A DNA stretch of 64,000 nucleotides from Octopus sinensis (lineage: Eukaryota). The position numbers and the translations under genes are program-made. The notes below the pieces were generated by a model that saw only the letters and a program-made list of their open reading frames with translations, did no database searches and was not told the origin of the DNA. Below are positions 10,700-24,850 of the stretch, in pieces (within the stretch, counting starts at the first letter, position 1; each line of letters begins with the position of its first letter). The stretch spans positions 139,190,001 to 139,254,000 of the forward strand of contig NC_042997.1 of the NCBI RefSeq assembly GCF_006345805.1, given 5' to 3'.

Positions 10700-13600
10700 C
10701 AACGTATGGAGCGAGCAAAATGAAAGAACACTTGAGAATAAATTAATCAGCGTCAAACAGGGGTTAAAACAGCTGTCAGGGAAAAAATCTGGCACCAGAA
10801 GAGAGTAGCTAAAAGAATAATAATTAACAAGAAATTTAATTGAAACCAATCAGCTGCTTATAGATTTAAGGAGACACTCAATTAATGTCACAGAGGTTCC
10901 TTCTCAGAAAGATACTGATTAATTCTGGAGGCAAATCTAGTGTGAGGAAAAGAATGTTTAACCAGGATGAAGTGTTGCTAAGAGAAATCCTAAATAAGTA
11001 TTTTCTTTTCTTATAGACAGAGTCAACATCCATTGACTAGGTTGCAAAAACAATGAAAATTTTGGGAGAAAAAATATAAATACTAAATGAGTGTAAATCG
11101 AACTGGTGAGTGTGTTAGATAATAAAGCATTAAAACAATATGACTCTCACCAGACACAAAAATTTACTTCAACACACGACTTCACATAAACAATCTTGCC
11201 AACCTAATACAAATACGAAGTATTTTCTCTGTGTTTAACCAAAAGTACACAACGTCATTGATAGAGCCCTTGAAACTGTGGATCAAATACAGGATAGAAA
11301 AGCGACAGGAATACAAGAGGCTGCTGAAAAGTTCCTGACTTTAAGGGTATCACGAAAGTCCTGGTTGGAGGCCCAACCTTCCAAATTCCTTTACCGGGCT
11401 TAGAAAAACTGAAGGGCCACTGCAATAAGTGTGTGTATCTGAGAGAGGCATATGTTGAATATAATCATAATTAACTGATCCTCCTGCATCATTTTTTTTT
11501 ACTCAGAGCCAAGAACTTTTCAGTACCCCTTCGTACGTATATTTGATTGCCAGGTACTTGTATCAAAGCATTGACTTATTGCTGGTATGTTACTGACTTT
11601 TGCCAACAAGTTCTCAATGTAGATATAAACATGCGAAGCTAGTTGTCGCTGAGAGAAACAGCACTGGTATCCCCAAAGAAAAATATTCATGTTGCGGAAA
11701 ACTACATGCCAGAATTTAAAATATAAAATATGCACAACCTGTTCGAATGTATCCCACCAGTGTTACTGTGGTAGAGTGCTGAACAAACACCTGGGAAGAA
11801 GGAAGCTTAGGTATGTATTGAACAAGATTTGGTTAACGAAACAGTTATGTTAAGAGTGAAGCATCATTAAAGGATATTGGTAATAGTTTGGCTTGATTAC
11901 ATAACAGCATTCGGTTCTATTCCTCGTTCGTAGATGCTAGGATCGCTTTAACTTGCTAAAGTTACAGGTACGATAATCGAGGACATAGACAACGCAACTT
12001 TGTCCTGGGAAATAATCTTGAAATTATACACAAGAAGTGGTTCTATTGTCACTAAGATACAGCATAACATGAGTCTGTTTGTAGGCAGCAGTCTATGATG
12101 ATCTTTATATTTTCAGTAAATCTCTAGTCCTTTTGTTTAGATAATCTGAAGGGCCGTGCGGCTGGCTCACAAAAACATAAAGACGTCAAGCTAAAATATT
12201 ACTTCTTTGCAGACGACCTGAAAGTATTTGCCAAGAACATGAAGGCTATGGAAAGAAACTTTGACCTACTCACAAACGATATAAGGTATGAAATTTAGCT
12301 AGGTTATAAAAGCTCAGTCTATCAACATTTCTATCAAAGGCCTGGTTATTTCTTCTGTACTTGTAGAGGAAAGAGACAAGAAAATAGGGATGATCAGAAC
12401 ATGTACTGTCATGGCATTATCTCCAGGAATGCGTAATCAGAATATAGCACCAGGTTCAGATAAGTATGGTCGTCTGAACTTTTTCCATACAATGAAACAA
12501 AATCCAACAATGTTTTTCCGGTGCCACTTTGGTGTGTGATCTACAATTTAAAGGGAGATTACTTTAGGTTACTTTTTAGTTTACTTTGTGTTAGAGCTAC
12601 TTTGCTGTCTGAGCTACGGCAGCAAATTAACGTGTGATCTACGTGCTTATTTTAATTTTTATATTGTTTATTCTTGGTTTCTTATTACAATTTACTAAGA
12701 CATAAATGAAACATGGTTTTCTTATTATTAAAATAGTAAGAATTTAGAAAAAATACATTTACATCGCTAAGTATGACCTACAGTAATCTCCCTTGTAGAT
12801 CACACTCCAAAGCAGCATAATTTTTTCTCATACCACTATTTATGCCAACATTTGGACTACTCCATTGAACACTAGATGAAGTCCGAACTGCTGATGTTAA
12901 AACCCGAAAATTAGTAACCCACGTCAACAGCAATGTAAACTGTCTCAACTCAAATGAAAACAAACAGGATGAGGATTAACGTTGATTCGAACAACCTTTG
13001 GATGTCGCATCATATCCATTCAACAAAATCTACTAACTATCAAGTGTCGAAGTTCAAACCTTGGATCAAATCTGCATACATGACGTAGATAACATGAGAG
13101 CTGAAAATCAGCTCCTCCGAAAAGCATTCCGTGGAGTTAATTTCATTAGGGATATATACCCATGCAAATTGAAAAACGCTATAGCAACAGGTCATGAGAA
13201 TGAAAATCTGTATACATATCAACAGAAGACCATGCATACCTACATGACCAGGAAGGTGCAGAGTAACAGCAACATAGTAACCAAGCCAGACTATTTTTGC
13301 ATCAGTAGTAAGGATATTAGCCCTAACTTCGTAGTATATACTATCGCATATATCTCAAAGAACAGAAACTAGCAACAACCAAAATGGATGCAAAATAAGG
13401 TTAGAGCTACAGTTAAACCAACCTAAACGCACCAACTGATGCAGATTCTGTGAAATGAATTCAGACGATGTTACTTCCATCGCTTAGCGGTCGTCCAAAA
13501 ATGTCATCATATTATGTGATGTCAAGGCCAGGACATTGTACAACACAAACCACAGAAAAGATAGTTCTGAGGACACAAGGTTACAAACATAAGAGGCTAC

Positions 13601-13940
13601 CATGAATGGGGTGGGGCACAATCACATAATACAGAAGAATACTGATAGCGTACTTCTATCAAACTAACAATAAGACGCGAGCATAACAACCAGAAGTAGC
13701 CAAAATAAGTGAAAAAGAAGACACCTATGCAAAACTAATGAGAAGTCTATAGATACTTCAAGGCTATAGCTTTAGGTTTTTACCCGTAATTATTGAAGTA
13801 CTTGGATACTGAACTCGCAGCTTCTGAGAAGATACACTTCACAAAATGAGAAAGAACATGGTTCATGAAGAAACTACAGCTACATACCATTAAAGGCACT
13901 GTAGAAATATGCAAAACATTTCAAAAGTTTAGAATGTGAT
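10700..13940 (+). pseudogene. Heavily decayed RLE-type non-LTR retrotransposon
   Basis: Remnants: FWRQI at ~10923, AFGSIP (AFDSIP-like) at ~11908, FFADDLKVFA at ~12205, and C-terminal KEDTYAKLMRSL..FLPVII..GTVEICKTFQKFRM* ending at ~13940. Numerous stops and indels. Confidence 0.65.
11314..11533 (+). mobile_element. Mariner internal-deletion derivative (MITE) nested in the decayed retrotransposon
   Basis: TA-flanked imperfect TIRs caagaggctgctgaaaagttc / gaacttttcagtaccccttcg. Retains a transposase C-terminus-like HCNKCVYLREAYVE. Confidence 0.7.
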
Positions 13941-14307
13941 AATACACACCTGTTGACGTGCAAACACACACATACACACGCACACACACGCATAGACGCG
14001 TGCGCACACACTAACATTAGCTGGGCATCCCATCATTGCTGGGAAATTTTCACTATAGAATGCCTTTATTTCAATGTAAATTTTATTCCATGTCAGACTA
14101 TGTTTTCTCTGATGGATAGACCTCTTGATCAGAAGAGATTTGAGGCAATTTATAATGTATCTATAAACTGCTTTTGTTTTACCATTTGACGCATAGATTT
14201 AAAGATTTTTCTTAGCTCGCTGCTGATGCTTTGTGAGGGTTTTTCGACTTTACTGCCCTAATGAAATCCCTTACGCACATGCATACACACACACACGCAC
14301 ACACACA

Positions 14308-14373
<66 letters not shown>

Positions 14374-14519
14374 CATGAGCAATATAGATTAGCAGAGAGT
14401 GAGAGTGTGATAAATATATCGAGAGACTGGGGACGTTTACAATGAGAAAAACGTAAATGAAAGAGACATACAGACAGACAGACAGACAGACAGACAGATA
14501 GACAAACAGACAGACAGAC

Positions 14520-14590
<71 letters not shown>

Positions 14591-14907
14591 CAGATAGATC
14601 TTTTCTGTTGCTGTCACAGATTTTGAAACATTAAATGAAGTGAAAATTTTTGAATTTCCGTATATTGCTGCACTTTTCCACGCTGAATCCGATTTTCTGA
14701 TTCATTTATTCTAGAAAAAAAAATGGAAAAATGTTAAAGAGGTTTAAAGTTTGATCATTTTCACCCAATCAGAAAGCAAGATTTAGAAGATAGTATTTTC
14801 TGCGTGAAAGATGTCTATCATAAAATGAGAGTAAACTTTACGAGACTAAGTTTTAAACAAATGAAAGCAAGTATATGTCATCAAGTGAAGAGAGAGGGGA
14901 CAACATG

Positions 14908-14942
<35 letters not shown>

Positions 14943-14948
<6 letters not shown>

Positions 14949-15171
14949 TGGAGTATAACTCCAAACTTACAGGGAAAAATTCAATTTAGTATTAAATCAA
15001 ATTTCACAATATAAATATATAATATATATAAATTAGAGAAAAACCACTATTATTCATTTTTGCACTTTTTGGTGATTTAGTTATATGGTTTAAAATATAT
15101 TTATTTTTTATTTATGATTTGGTTTATGTCTATCATTGTTTGAATTGCATAATAGTGGTTTTTCTCTAATT

Positions 15172-15180
<9 letters not shown>
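14943..15180. mobile_element. Fold-back insert in (TA)n
   Basis: ~32-bp inverted arms atatatataaattagagaaaaaccactattat (15022-15053) and its complement (15149-15180), plus a one-sided unique extension at 14943-15020. Confidence 0.55.
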
Positions 15181-15222
<42 letters not shown>

Positions 15223-16964
15223 AGAGGGTAATATAGAGTGATAACTATATAGAGGGAAAGATGTAAAAGGGACGGAAAGGCGCAAAAGAGAGAGAGAGAG
15301 AGTCTGATGGAGATAGAAAGTGAGAGATTTGTCGAACTAAAAGTTGAGTTATTTCTCGTATTAAATTATATTTTTTGATTAGTTATAACTGAATACGTTC
15401 CTGTTGGGACGCAGATTTCGGGTAGAAATCGAAGCGATATCATTTGGTGACCGGCTACGTATATTGTCACAATGGTACCAAGCATCGATTTTTCAATCTC
15501 GTTATAGCTACAAAAATTTACTCACATACCATTAGAAAAATTCCATATTAATTCTAGTGTAGCATCTTGCTATCTTGCTTGAACAAGCTGAGATTGTTTG
15601 TTCTCTCTGTATGAGTACATCTAAAAAATTATTTATGGAATAAAAATGTATCTAGATATATTACCACGGGAAATATGTGTGGAAATTAAAAGAAATAACA
15701 AAAAGGTGGGAAATAATTCCTTACTACTACGACTATAATAAAACGGAGTGTCCGATAACGAAACAAACCAAATGTATAATAGTACAAATATAGATATTAC
15801 ATTGTGTAAGTAGATGTTGATCAGTGTGGATATTATTTTCACTTCTGCATTGGTAACTAAGGCTGTAATAAGATAAGAGACAATATTTTGTTTCACTACA
15901 ATGACCAGGTATATAAATGCGCGCAGCGTTAAACGCACTCTTTCCTCTAGCCAGCCATTTTCTTCGCACTATCCCTGGGAGAGTTGTGGTGGTAGAGTCC
16001 TTCACAGCTCATATCAGAAGCAACTGTCATTAGACTTTCCTACAGGTTTCTCAAGTGTGACTAACTAAGACTATGGATATTATCCAACCATCCTAGGATT
16101 CCTGCTGGTTGACTTGGCTCTAAGAAGCCGTCTTACGATCCTTTCTTGCGACAATTTTAATCACAATTCGTTGCCTAATTTGTGCAGGCGTCTGGAGTGT
16201 CGGATTTATTCAAGAACGTCCTGCGTTTCAGTGCTAGTGGGTGACTGAAATGCCAGCTTGGATGCACGGCCGGATTTTGTGGGGATAGCTAAAATGAAAA
16301 GTAGGCGTAAAAGCCTTCGCAAATCTTCTCATTCATTTCTTATGACATTCTAATCACATACCCGTAGTAGCTACGGAATGTCACAAGAATTCTAATCACA
16401 GCTCCTCGCCTAATTTATTCAAATGTCTGATAAGTACCGACTGCAATTTCCCGTATGAGCCAGAGAGGACTTGGACAAACAGTATCAGGTAATCCAGATT
16501 GCATCCAGACAAAGTACTCTGTAGGTCAGCAGATAGGGATAGCATTGATTGTCCATAATTCAGCAAGGTCGGCTATATAGACGACAAATTTGTGATCTGT
16601 ACCATCAATCTAAATAGGTTGTATAGACAAAAACTGGAGACTGAACGCATCTTTCCCGGCGTGCCAAGTTTACAGACACTGGATTAGAGAACTAGTTATT
16701 AGTCATGAAGGAGTTGACAACTGCAATCATCAACAAATGATTGTAGTTAGCTTCGAAAAAGGGTATTCGTTTTGAATCGATGTGCTTTAGTGGGAAACTA
16801 GTGATTGGCAATTCTAGAGCACAACCGGAGATTGTTAGAAACCTAATACAGGCGCTAAGGGAAGCTATTGCGACTGGCGTGCTAGCGCGAGATTTACTTT
16901 TCAACGCTAAGCACGAAGATTGTTGTTGTCAGAGCTAGGATACTCGAAGGAGTAAGGGAACGAA

Positions 16965-19900
16965 ATGTAAATGTTCGGGGCCTGGCTTCGGCTTGGAAGC
17001 AGGGGCACCTCCGCAACGATTTCAGGTCCCCAAATTTAGGTGTGACAGCAATTAGTGAGACGAGAATTGCTGGGAAACATGCTCTTGCATCGATTTTTGA
17101 AGACTACGAGGTATTCTCGTCTTGTGGTCTGTCGGAAACGGACGGTGGTGTAGCAATGTTATTCCGAAAATCCTTTGGTCACAAAGTAAGAGCAATTTTC
17201 TTGGACCCGGACAGTAGGTTGGTGGTCCTAGATGTGAATGCTGGTGAAGATGGTACCTTTAGATTGGTGGCCGTGTATGCTCCGACAGGGGCTGAGAGGC
17301 CAGATTTCTTCAGGCGTCTAGAAACATTCCTGGGAACATCTCGCACTTTAGTACTAGTGGGGGATTGGAATAGTATTTTGGACGCACGGAATGACTGTGG
17401 GTTTTGTACATAGAAGAAGAGGATGCAAAAACCTCGAAAACCTGCTCAGAAATTTCCAGCTATCTGACAAGTATCGACTGGATTTCCCTGATGTGCCATT
17501 GGAGCAATCACAATGGGTCATCCAGATTGTATCTAGATAGAGTATTTGTTAGGTCAGCTGATAAGGATAGCATAGGGAGTCCCCTATTCAAATTGGTCGA
17601 CTACACTGACCACAAATTTGTGATCGTCACAGTCGATTTAGATAGGATGCGTAGACAGGGACCTCGTTACTGGAAGTGGAATGCGTCCTTTCCGGGGTGC
17701 AAAGACTACAGGGACCGGATTAGCGAACTAGTTAAGCGGCAGTTGACGGAGGCAATCATCACAATCGGTGGTGGATAGCCCTGAAAAGAGTGATTAGAAC
17801 CGAATAGGTAGAGTTTAGGAAAGAGTTAGCAATAGAAAGAAACAGATTAGAGGGAGAACTAGTTAGAGGATTAGTAAAAGCATCGCGATTGACGTGGGGT
17901 TCGGTAGCGGACGTGGGGTTCTGCGAAAAGCCGATAACGGCCACTGAAATACGATAGACGATGAGCGATTGCATAAGTCACAAATCACTACGTTTAGATG
18001 GTCTGCCCTATGAATTCCATGTCCGATTTGTTTAGCGATTTGTTGGCAAACATTTACCGCAACTGGCAACAAAACGGGAGAATTCCTGATGTTATTAGTC
18101 TGGGTGTGGTGATACTGCTGAAGAAGGACGCCGACAGTGGGGGCACACTAGGGAATTTTCGGTCCATAACTCTGCTAAACACAGAGGTGTAAGCGAAAAG
18201 ATTGGTGATTATCGTTGGTAGTCTAGTAGGGGAAGCTCAAACGTGCGCAATCCCAAACAGATCTATCCACGACAACCTCCACCTTATGCGATACATCATA
18301 GAGAGGGCTGGGACAAAAGCTAGCTTCTACGGGGCCCTGATCAATTTGGATCAATCGAAAGCATTCGATAGAGTCGATCATTGCTACAGAGAAGCTGTCC
18401 TTAAAGCGGCCGGTTTCGGACCCGTTTTCAGAGGCTAGATCGCTGCAATGCACAGCGGCACCTGCTCGGTGGTCAAAGTTAATTACCATCTATCGGAACC
18501 GTTTAGCATCGCACGTTCGGCCCGTCAGGGCTGCCAGCTGTTACCTCTTCAGTACGTGCTGGCTCTCAAGCCACTGCTGCGGGACCCTATTGAATTAGAA
18601 TACGGAAGGGCAGAGTCTGCATGCGCGGATGACGTTATCGTCATGGTGTCGAGCACCTCCGAAGTGAAGATGGTCGGCTCCATTCTAGAGGAATATGAGT
18701 CGGTTGCGGGGAGCAAAATGAATGCCGTAAATTCGGTGGGCTTGCGACTGAGAATCTGGAGAAGCAGGTCGATGCCGTCATACAGCGTCGTCGGATGCTG
18801 GACTGACAGACCAGTTAAACTGGTCGGGGTCTGGTTCGATCCTGATCTCCAGGTAGATAAGAACTAGGACGAGGTACAAACAGAATGACCAGTCATACCC
18901 AGAAATGGGCTGAGAGGAAGCTGTCCTTGAAAAGTCGGGCAGAGGTGGTGAATGCCTACAGCGTATTCGTTATCATCTATCGTCTGACCTTCGTGCCTTT
19001 CCCCAGTTACTGCTTGATGAATTTGGGGCGTCTTTTGTTCATGTTCTTGTGGAAGAAACACGTTCCAATGGTTAGTCTGCTGCCAGCTCCCTCTGAGTGG
19101 CGGCTTAGGCATGCCGTGACTTTTGATGCGCAGACATTCGCTTAGGTTGCGCCACGTGCAACGATTTCTTGAAGGTGAACGTGTGTGGGCTCCGTTTCTG
19201 AGGCACGTATTTCCGCAACTCGTCTCTAGGACGGAGTTGATGTTCTAGGTGAAGAATAGACCAAGACTGGGTACCTGGCACCTAGAATATTATCGGGCGC
19301 TCACTATTCTCCACCATTCGGGCAATAGGATCGGTGAATGTTCCACTTTAGCTATTTAAGGAGGATGTTTTAGGTGAAGAATAGACCAAGACTGGGTACC
19401 TGGCACCTATCAGGCGCTCACTATTCTCCACCATTCGGGCAATAGGTGGAGGTTCCACTTTAGCTATTTAAGGAGGATTAGTGGCGGCAAAGTGTGACGG
19501 CGTGCTAGGGGAGACTATGAACGTTGACGAAAACGAACTGGCTAGTCTCTTCCGGGGAACTTTTCGGTCGGGGACTATTATGGATAATTTCCAGATGTCT
19601 TTGGCTTAGCGGTGATACCGAAGAGCACTATCCGGTTCGAGATAAACCCTACAGACACGGATGTGCTCTGAGACAGGCTTGTACAAGGTGCGCGTCCAGC
19701 GACGAAACTGTTGTGCATGCACTCGTTAAGTGTCCGGGCATTACTGACTTTTGGAGTTATGTCGAGCAGCTGCTGTCGTGTGTGGGACGGATCCGTCTGT
19801 AGTCCGAGTCCATAGTGATAATTGCTCCACCGCCTTTCTGTAATCGGGCAGGCAAGGCAGTTTTCCTTTGTCTAGTGGCTGTAGCGAAAGAGGTTATCTG

Positions 19901-20365
19901 GTGGACGATGCTGAAAGGAATGAGGACAGAGACATTCCTCTTTGGTAAAGCCCTCATCGACTTTTTCAAGTTTCACTTGAAAAGGAAAGTGAGGTTGAAG
20001 AGGGAGCTGCTGTCCTCGAGTGAATTTATGAAAAGGTGGGTGAAAGTTGCGAAAAGGGCAAGAGTGGATGGTACCACTCTCAGTGTAGACCTGTGAGTTG
20101 AAAGAAAGGAGTTGGAGAGGGTTCTCATCCTTGGTATTCAGGGCGATCTTGGATGGTGGGATTCCTCCCTAAAGGTCCTCCTGCATCAGGGTCAATGCAT
20201 CACTATCACTTTCACTTTTTTCTTGTGTCGTATACTATGTATACTTCCCTTCTTCTACTGTGTACCGTGTATACTTTTTTATCATTCCATCATATGTAAC
20301 CCTCCATACTTTATGTCTGTCTTTGTATTGTCCCCCTCATCCTTAATCCTGGTGGCAAATAAAAG
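16965..20365 (+). pseudogene. Degenerate L1/Tx1-clade LINE ORF2 (AP endonuclease, RT, CCHC) with 3' UTR
   Basis: APE motifs NVRGL, AISETR, VYAP, GDWN, YLDRVF, TDHK. RT motifs FRSITLLNTE, LDQSKAFDRVDH, RQGC, ADDV. Zinc knuckle CTRC..HALVKC. Stop at 20096, AATAAA at ~20358. Broken by stops and frameshifts. Confidence 0.9.
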
Positions 20366-20382
20366 GAATCATTATCATTATT

Positions 20383-20464
<82 letters not shown>

Positions 20465-20477
20465 CCATCACCACTAA

Positions 20478-20672
20478 GGCGGCGATCTGGCAGAATCGTT
20501 ACCACGCTGGTATTTCGCACGTCGCTACGTTCTGAGTTCAAATTCTGCCGAGGTCAACCTTGCCTTTCAACCTGTTGGGATCGATAAAACAAGTACCAGT
20601 TGAGCACTGAGGTCGACGTAATCGACTATTCCCCTCCCCCAAAATTCCAGGCCTTGTGCCTATAATAGAAAG

Positions 20673-20703
<31 letters not shown>

Positions 20704-20945
20704 GTTGTTGTTGTTGTTGTTGTTGTTGTTACTCAGGTGTTGAACTGGCAGAGTTGTTAGCACGCTGGACGAAATGTTTAGCGGTATTTCGCCCGTCGCT
20801 ACATTCAGAGTTCAAATTCCGCTGAGGTCGACTTTGCCTTTCATCCTTTCGGGGTCGATAAATAAGTACCAGCGAAACATTTGGATCGACGTAATCGACT
20901 GTTCCCCTCCCCTGTAGTTTCAGGCTTTGTGTCTTTAGTAGAAAA
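20478..20945 (+). mobile_element. Two family-B SINE copies separated by (ATT)n(GTT)n
   Basis: ggcggcgatctggcagaatcgtta..gagttcaaattc..gtcgataaa..gtaccag..agaaag, twice. Confidence 0.85.
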
Positions 20946-22019
20946 GTTTATTGTTATTACCACCATCACTACCTCCGCCGCCGCCACCATCACCATCACC
21001 ATCATCATTATTTGCGACGCAATTGAAATAAAATAGTCCGACGAGAAGTATTTATTTACATGTCTGGTGCTTTGGGGAATGATCTGAGAGTCACAACATC
21101 TTGTGTTCAATGATCTATTTAATAAAATATAGCATCTCCTGTTTATTCTTAACAAACCACTGTTATTGTGGCGAGAACCGTGGAATGGAAAGGTTAACGT
21201 CCCAGATAAGTAAGAGTGCATTTCCTTCAATTTCCTTGCTATTACTTTTGGGAAATGTATGAGCGCCCCATCATTTTTATTTCCGACACTATTATAAACA
21301 TTCACTCAACCCACCAAAACCGCCGCCAACGCTGCCAATACCACCGCCGCCGTCTACAAAGCTGCAACCTTGTGCCTAGTCACAAAAAGAAATATTCATA
21401 TTACACTGTTGTAGCCGTAGGAGGATGTGAAGGCGACGGAGAATGCAGAAGTGCAGTGGTGCAGAAGGTAGATGTGGGGAGAAGCAGGGTAGAAGTGGTA
21501 GAAACAGGGTAGAGACTAGCTGGTTAGCAAGCTGGCTGGTCGGCCTCTTGGTTTGTTGGTTGGTTGGTTGGCTGGCTGGCTGGCTCACTCGCTCGCTGGC
21601 TGGCTGGCTGGCTGGCCGGCCGGCTGCATGACTGGCTGCTTGGTGGAGTAGGTGCAAGTGGAGGTGCAGGTCGGTAGTTTTGCGGCGGCAAGCAAAGCAA
21701 CAGCAGTAGAAACTAGGTTACGACGACCGAGAGCAGAGTGACCTTGCCTTATCGCGAGGACATGAGAGGAGCAGAGAGAGAGAGAGAGAGAGAGACAGAA
21801 AGAGACAGAGAGGAAAAGAGAGACAGAGACAGACAAAGAGAGAGAGAGAGAGAGCGAGACAGACAGTCTGACAGAAGCAGGCCGGCAGCAGTCGGTGGTG
21901 GCGTTGATAGCGAGAGGGGAGTTTACTGCTGCTGCTGCTGCTGCTGCTGTTGTTGTTGCGGCGCCTCTGTCAGTTAGAGTGACGGAGTGAGTGAGTGAAG
22001 GAGTGTTGTCGGTAGAGAG

Positions 22020-23820
22020 TTGGGGAGGAAGGAAAATTAAATTTTGTAAAATAAAAAAAGAGAAAGACGAAACAGAAAGAAGATAAGCAACACAGACGGC
22101 TTGAGGAACGAGTTGGTGAGGTTGTGGGGGGAGACGTATTAAGTAAGAGCAAATAGAAGGATAAGGAGTAAGAATGAAGTCACTGGAATGTCTGTCTGTG
22201 AAGTGTCGGCAGAGGAAGAGCGGGAGGAGAACGAGGAGCAGGAGGTAGGGGAGGAGGGAAAGAAGGACGGAAGTGGTGGGAGTAGGTGTATAAGAAGTAA
22301 GAGAGAGAAAAAATGCTGAAGAGAAGGAAAAGAGGAAGTAGGAGGAGCAAACGTAAAGACTGACTTGAACTACAGAGATGGAAGGGGAGACAATGTAGAA
22401 AAATACAAGAGAAAGAGATGTGGAGACAGAGTGAGAGAAAATATAAGAGAATGGTTTTCTGAAAGAGCGTTGGAGATAGAGATATAGAGAGAGGATAGAG
22501 TGAGAAAATTAGAGTGATAGAAATTATAAGAGGGCACAGAGAGGGTGAAAGAAAAGTGAGTGATAGAGTGAAGAGTTGTAGAATTTTGATGAAAAGTAAA
22601 ATATATGACGGAGAAATTAAAAATTAGAGTGAGTGAGTAATGTGTTAAGAGAAAGGATGAAAAAATAACGAAAGAGTGAAAGAATGAAGGGAAGAAAAGG
22701 AAAGAAGAGGAAATGTAAGAAAGAAAAGAGAAGAAAGAAGGAAAAAAGGAAAGAAAGTAAAAGGGAAGAAAGAAGGAAAGGGAAATGAAGGCAAGAGAGA
22801 AAAAGAAATAGAAAAGGAAAGAACAAAAGATAGAAAGGAATAGAAACGGAAAGAACGAAAGAAGGGAAGAGAGAGAAAGAATGAAAAGAAGGAAAAGTGT
22901 TTGCTGTGTGTGCTTGTGTCTGTGTATGTTTGTGTATGCGTGTAATAGAGGAAGAAAGAGTGAAGATAAAGAAAGAGAAATATATAGACAAAAAGAGACG
23001 GAAGAGAGAAAAAGAAGCAGTTAATATAAGAGAAAAGAGAGGGAGAGAAGCGTGAGATTGCAATAAACGGAAAGAAAGCAATGGTAGAGGGAAATAGAAA
23101 GAGGTAGAGAGATATACAGAAAGAGATAGAGAGACAGACAGTGTGTGCAGCCAGACAAAAAAAAAGAAGAGGAGAGAGAGAGAGAGAGCATGAGAGAGAA
23201 AGTGCGCAGACGACAGACGAATAAAGGCGGGAGTGAGGGGAGAGGGAGAGAGAGGAAATGAGACTGAGAGCGAGGGGGAAGAGATGAGAGAGAGCGTTCG
23301 TAAATAACAGACGAAAAAAGGCGAACAGAGTGAGAGAGTGACAATGAGAGTGAAAGAGATTGAAACCGTGCGCAGACGAATAAAGACGAAGAGAGGGAGA
23401 GAAAGCACAGACGGAAGACGAATAAAGACGAAGACAGAGAGAGACTGAGAGCGTGCGCAGACGGCAGACGAATAAAGGCGAAAACAGAGAGAGATAGAGA
23501 GAGATATGGAGAGGGAAAGAGAGAGAGAGAGAGAGAGAAAGAGGGAGAGAAAGAGAGAAAGAGCAGGGACGGAGGTTGGAATAGAAACAAATATATTTGA
23601 ACAGGAAGTGTTAGAGAGAGGGAGACGGAAAGAAGGCTAAAAAGGGGGAAGAAAGAGGGAAGTAAAAAGAATTGGAGAAAGTAAAATAAACATTGAAGGA
23701 AATGAAAATAAGAGTCAAAATTAAGAGAAAGAGGGGGGAGAGGGGGGAAAGAGAGAGAGAGAGAGAAAATATAGTGGAATGTGAAGCGCATGGAAAAAGA
23801 GGAGAGAAAAGAAATGGGAA
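22020..23820. repeat. Long polypurine (GA-rich) low-complexity tract
   Basis: About 1.8 kb overwhelmingly A/G on the + strand. Confidence 0.85.
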
Positions 23821-24589
23821 AGATGCATACATACACTTATATACATAGAAGCACAAATATATACATGTCGGCATATACACACACATACAAAAGCACATGC
23901 ACACACTGACAAATATACCTGCACACAAATATTCATTCATTTCATTCATATATTTACTCACACACACACGCATATCGTTACATAGATACACTGATTTACA
24001 CACGCGCTCATACATACACACACATACACATATATATATATACACGCATGCACACATACACACATGTCTCTGTGTCCACTTTGACACGTTAAAAACAATA
24101 TTTTCTGAATGAGGGAAAGAGCACTTTAAAAAAATAACCGAATCGAGATGGCTGAGAGTTGATTGGTTGACAAACAGAAAAGTCAGGTCGACTGTATCTA
24201 TGAGCGAAGAAGTTACAGAAGAGAACCGCTTGGTTATTAATACAAACGGTTGGTGTTGATGGAAGGCAGGTTGCGGAAAATGATGAATAGTTACCTTAAT
24301 TGGTTATAAGACAAAAAAAAAAGAAGAAGAAAGAAAGAAAAAATTTATTATTAACGCTGTCACATTTCCCTTAAACTGAGTTTTTTCGAAATTGCCGCAT
24401 ACCTGGATATAACACCTGTTAATTAATATTCAGGTTTCGTTTTTATTTAATATTTAGGTGGTGTTGGTGTGTTTGTGCGTGAGTATGTGTGGAGGTAAGA
24501 TGTAATAATATATATATAAAAAAAAAAAAACTACTGTAATATTCTGGTTAGTTGTGTCAATAACTTTGAACACTTGTCCAATTAACGTG

Positions 24590-24802
24590 TCGCAACATCC
24601 TTACAGAATAGTTAACACGGGAAATAAAATACATAGCTGTATTTCTTTCCGGCGCTTTACATTTCGAGTTCAAATTCCGCCGAGGTCGACTTTCCTTCTT
24701 CATCCATATGGAGTAGACAAAATAAGTACCAGTTGAGCGCTGTGGGTCGATCCCATCGACTGGCCCACTCCCCAAGAATTATTATTATTATTATTATTAT
24801 TA

Positions 24803-24850
<48 letters not shown>
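24590..24850 (+). mobile_element. Diverged family-B SINE with long (ATT)n tail
   Basis: gagttcaaattccgccgaggtcgactttcc..ataagtaccagttgagc followed by (ATT)n. Confidence 0.7.

Noticed and set aside
13061-13372. 103-aa ORF as a host gene
   Set aside because: Lies inside the decayed RLE retrotransposon and has no recognisable domain.
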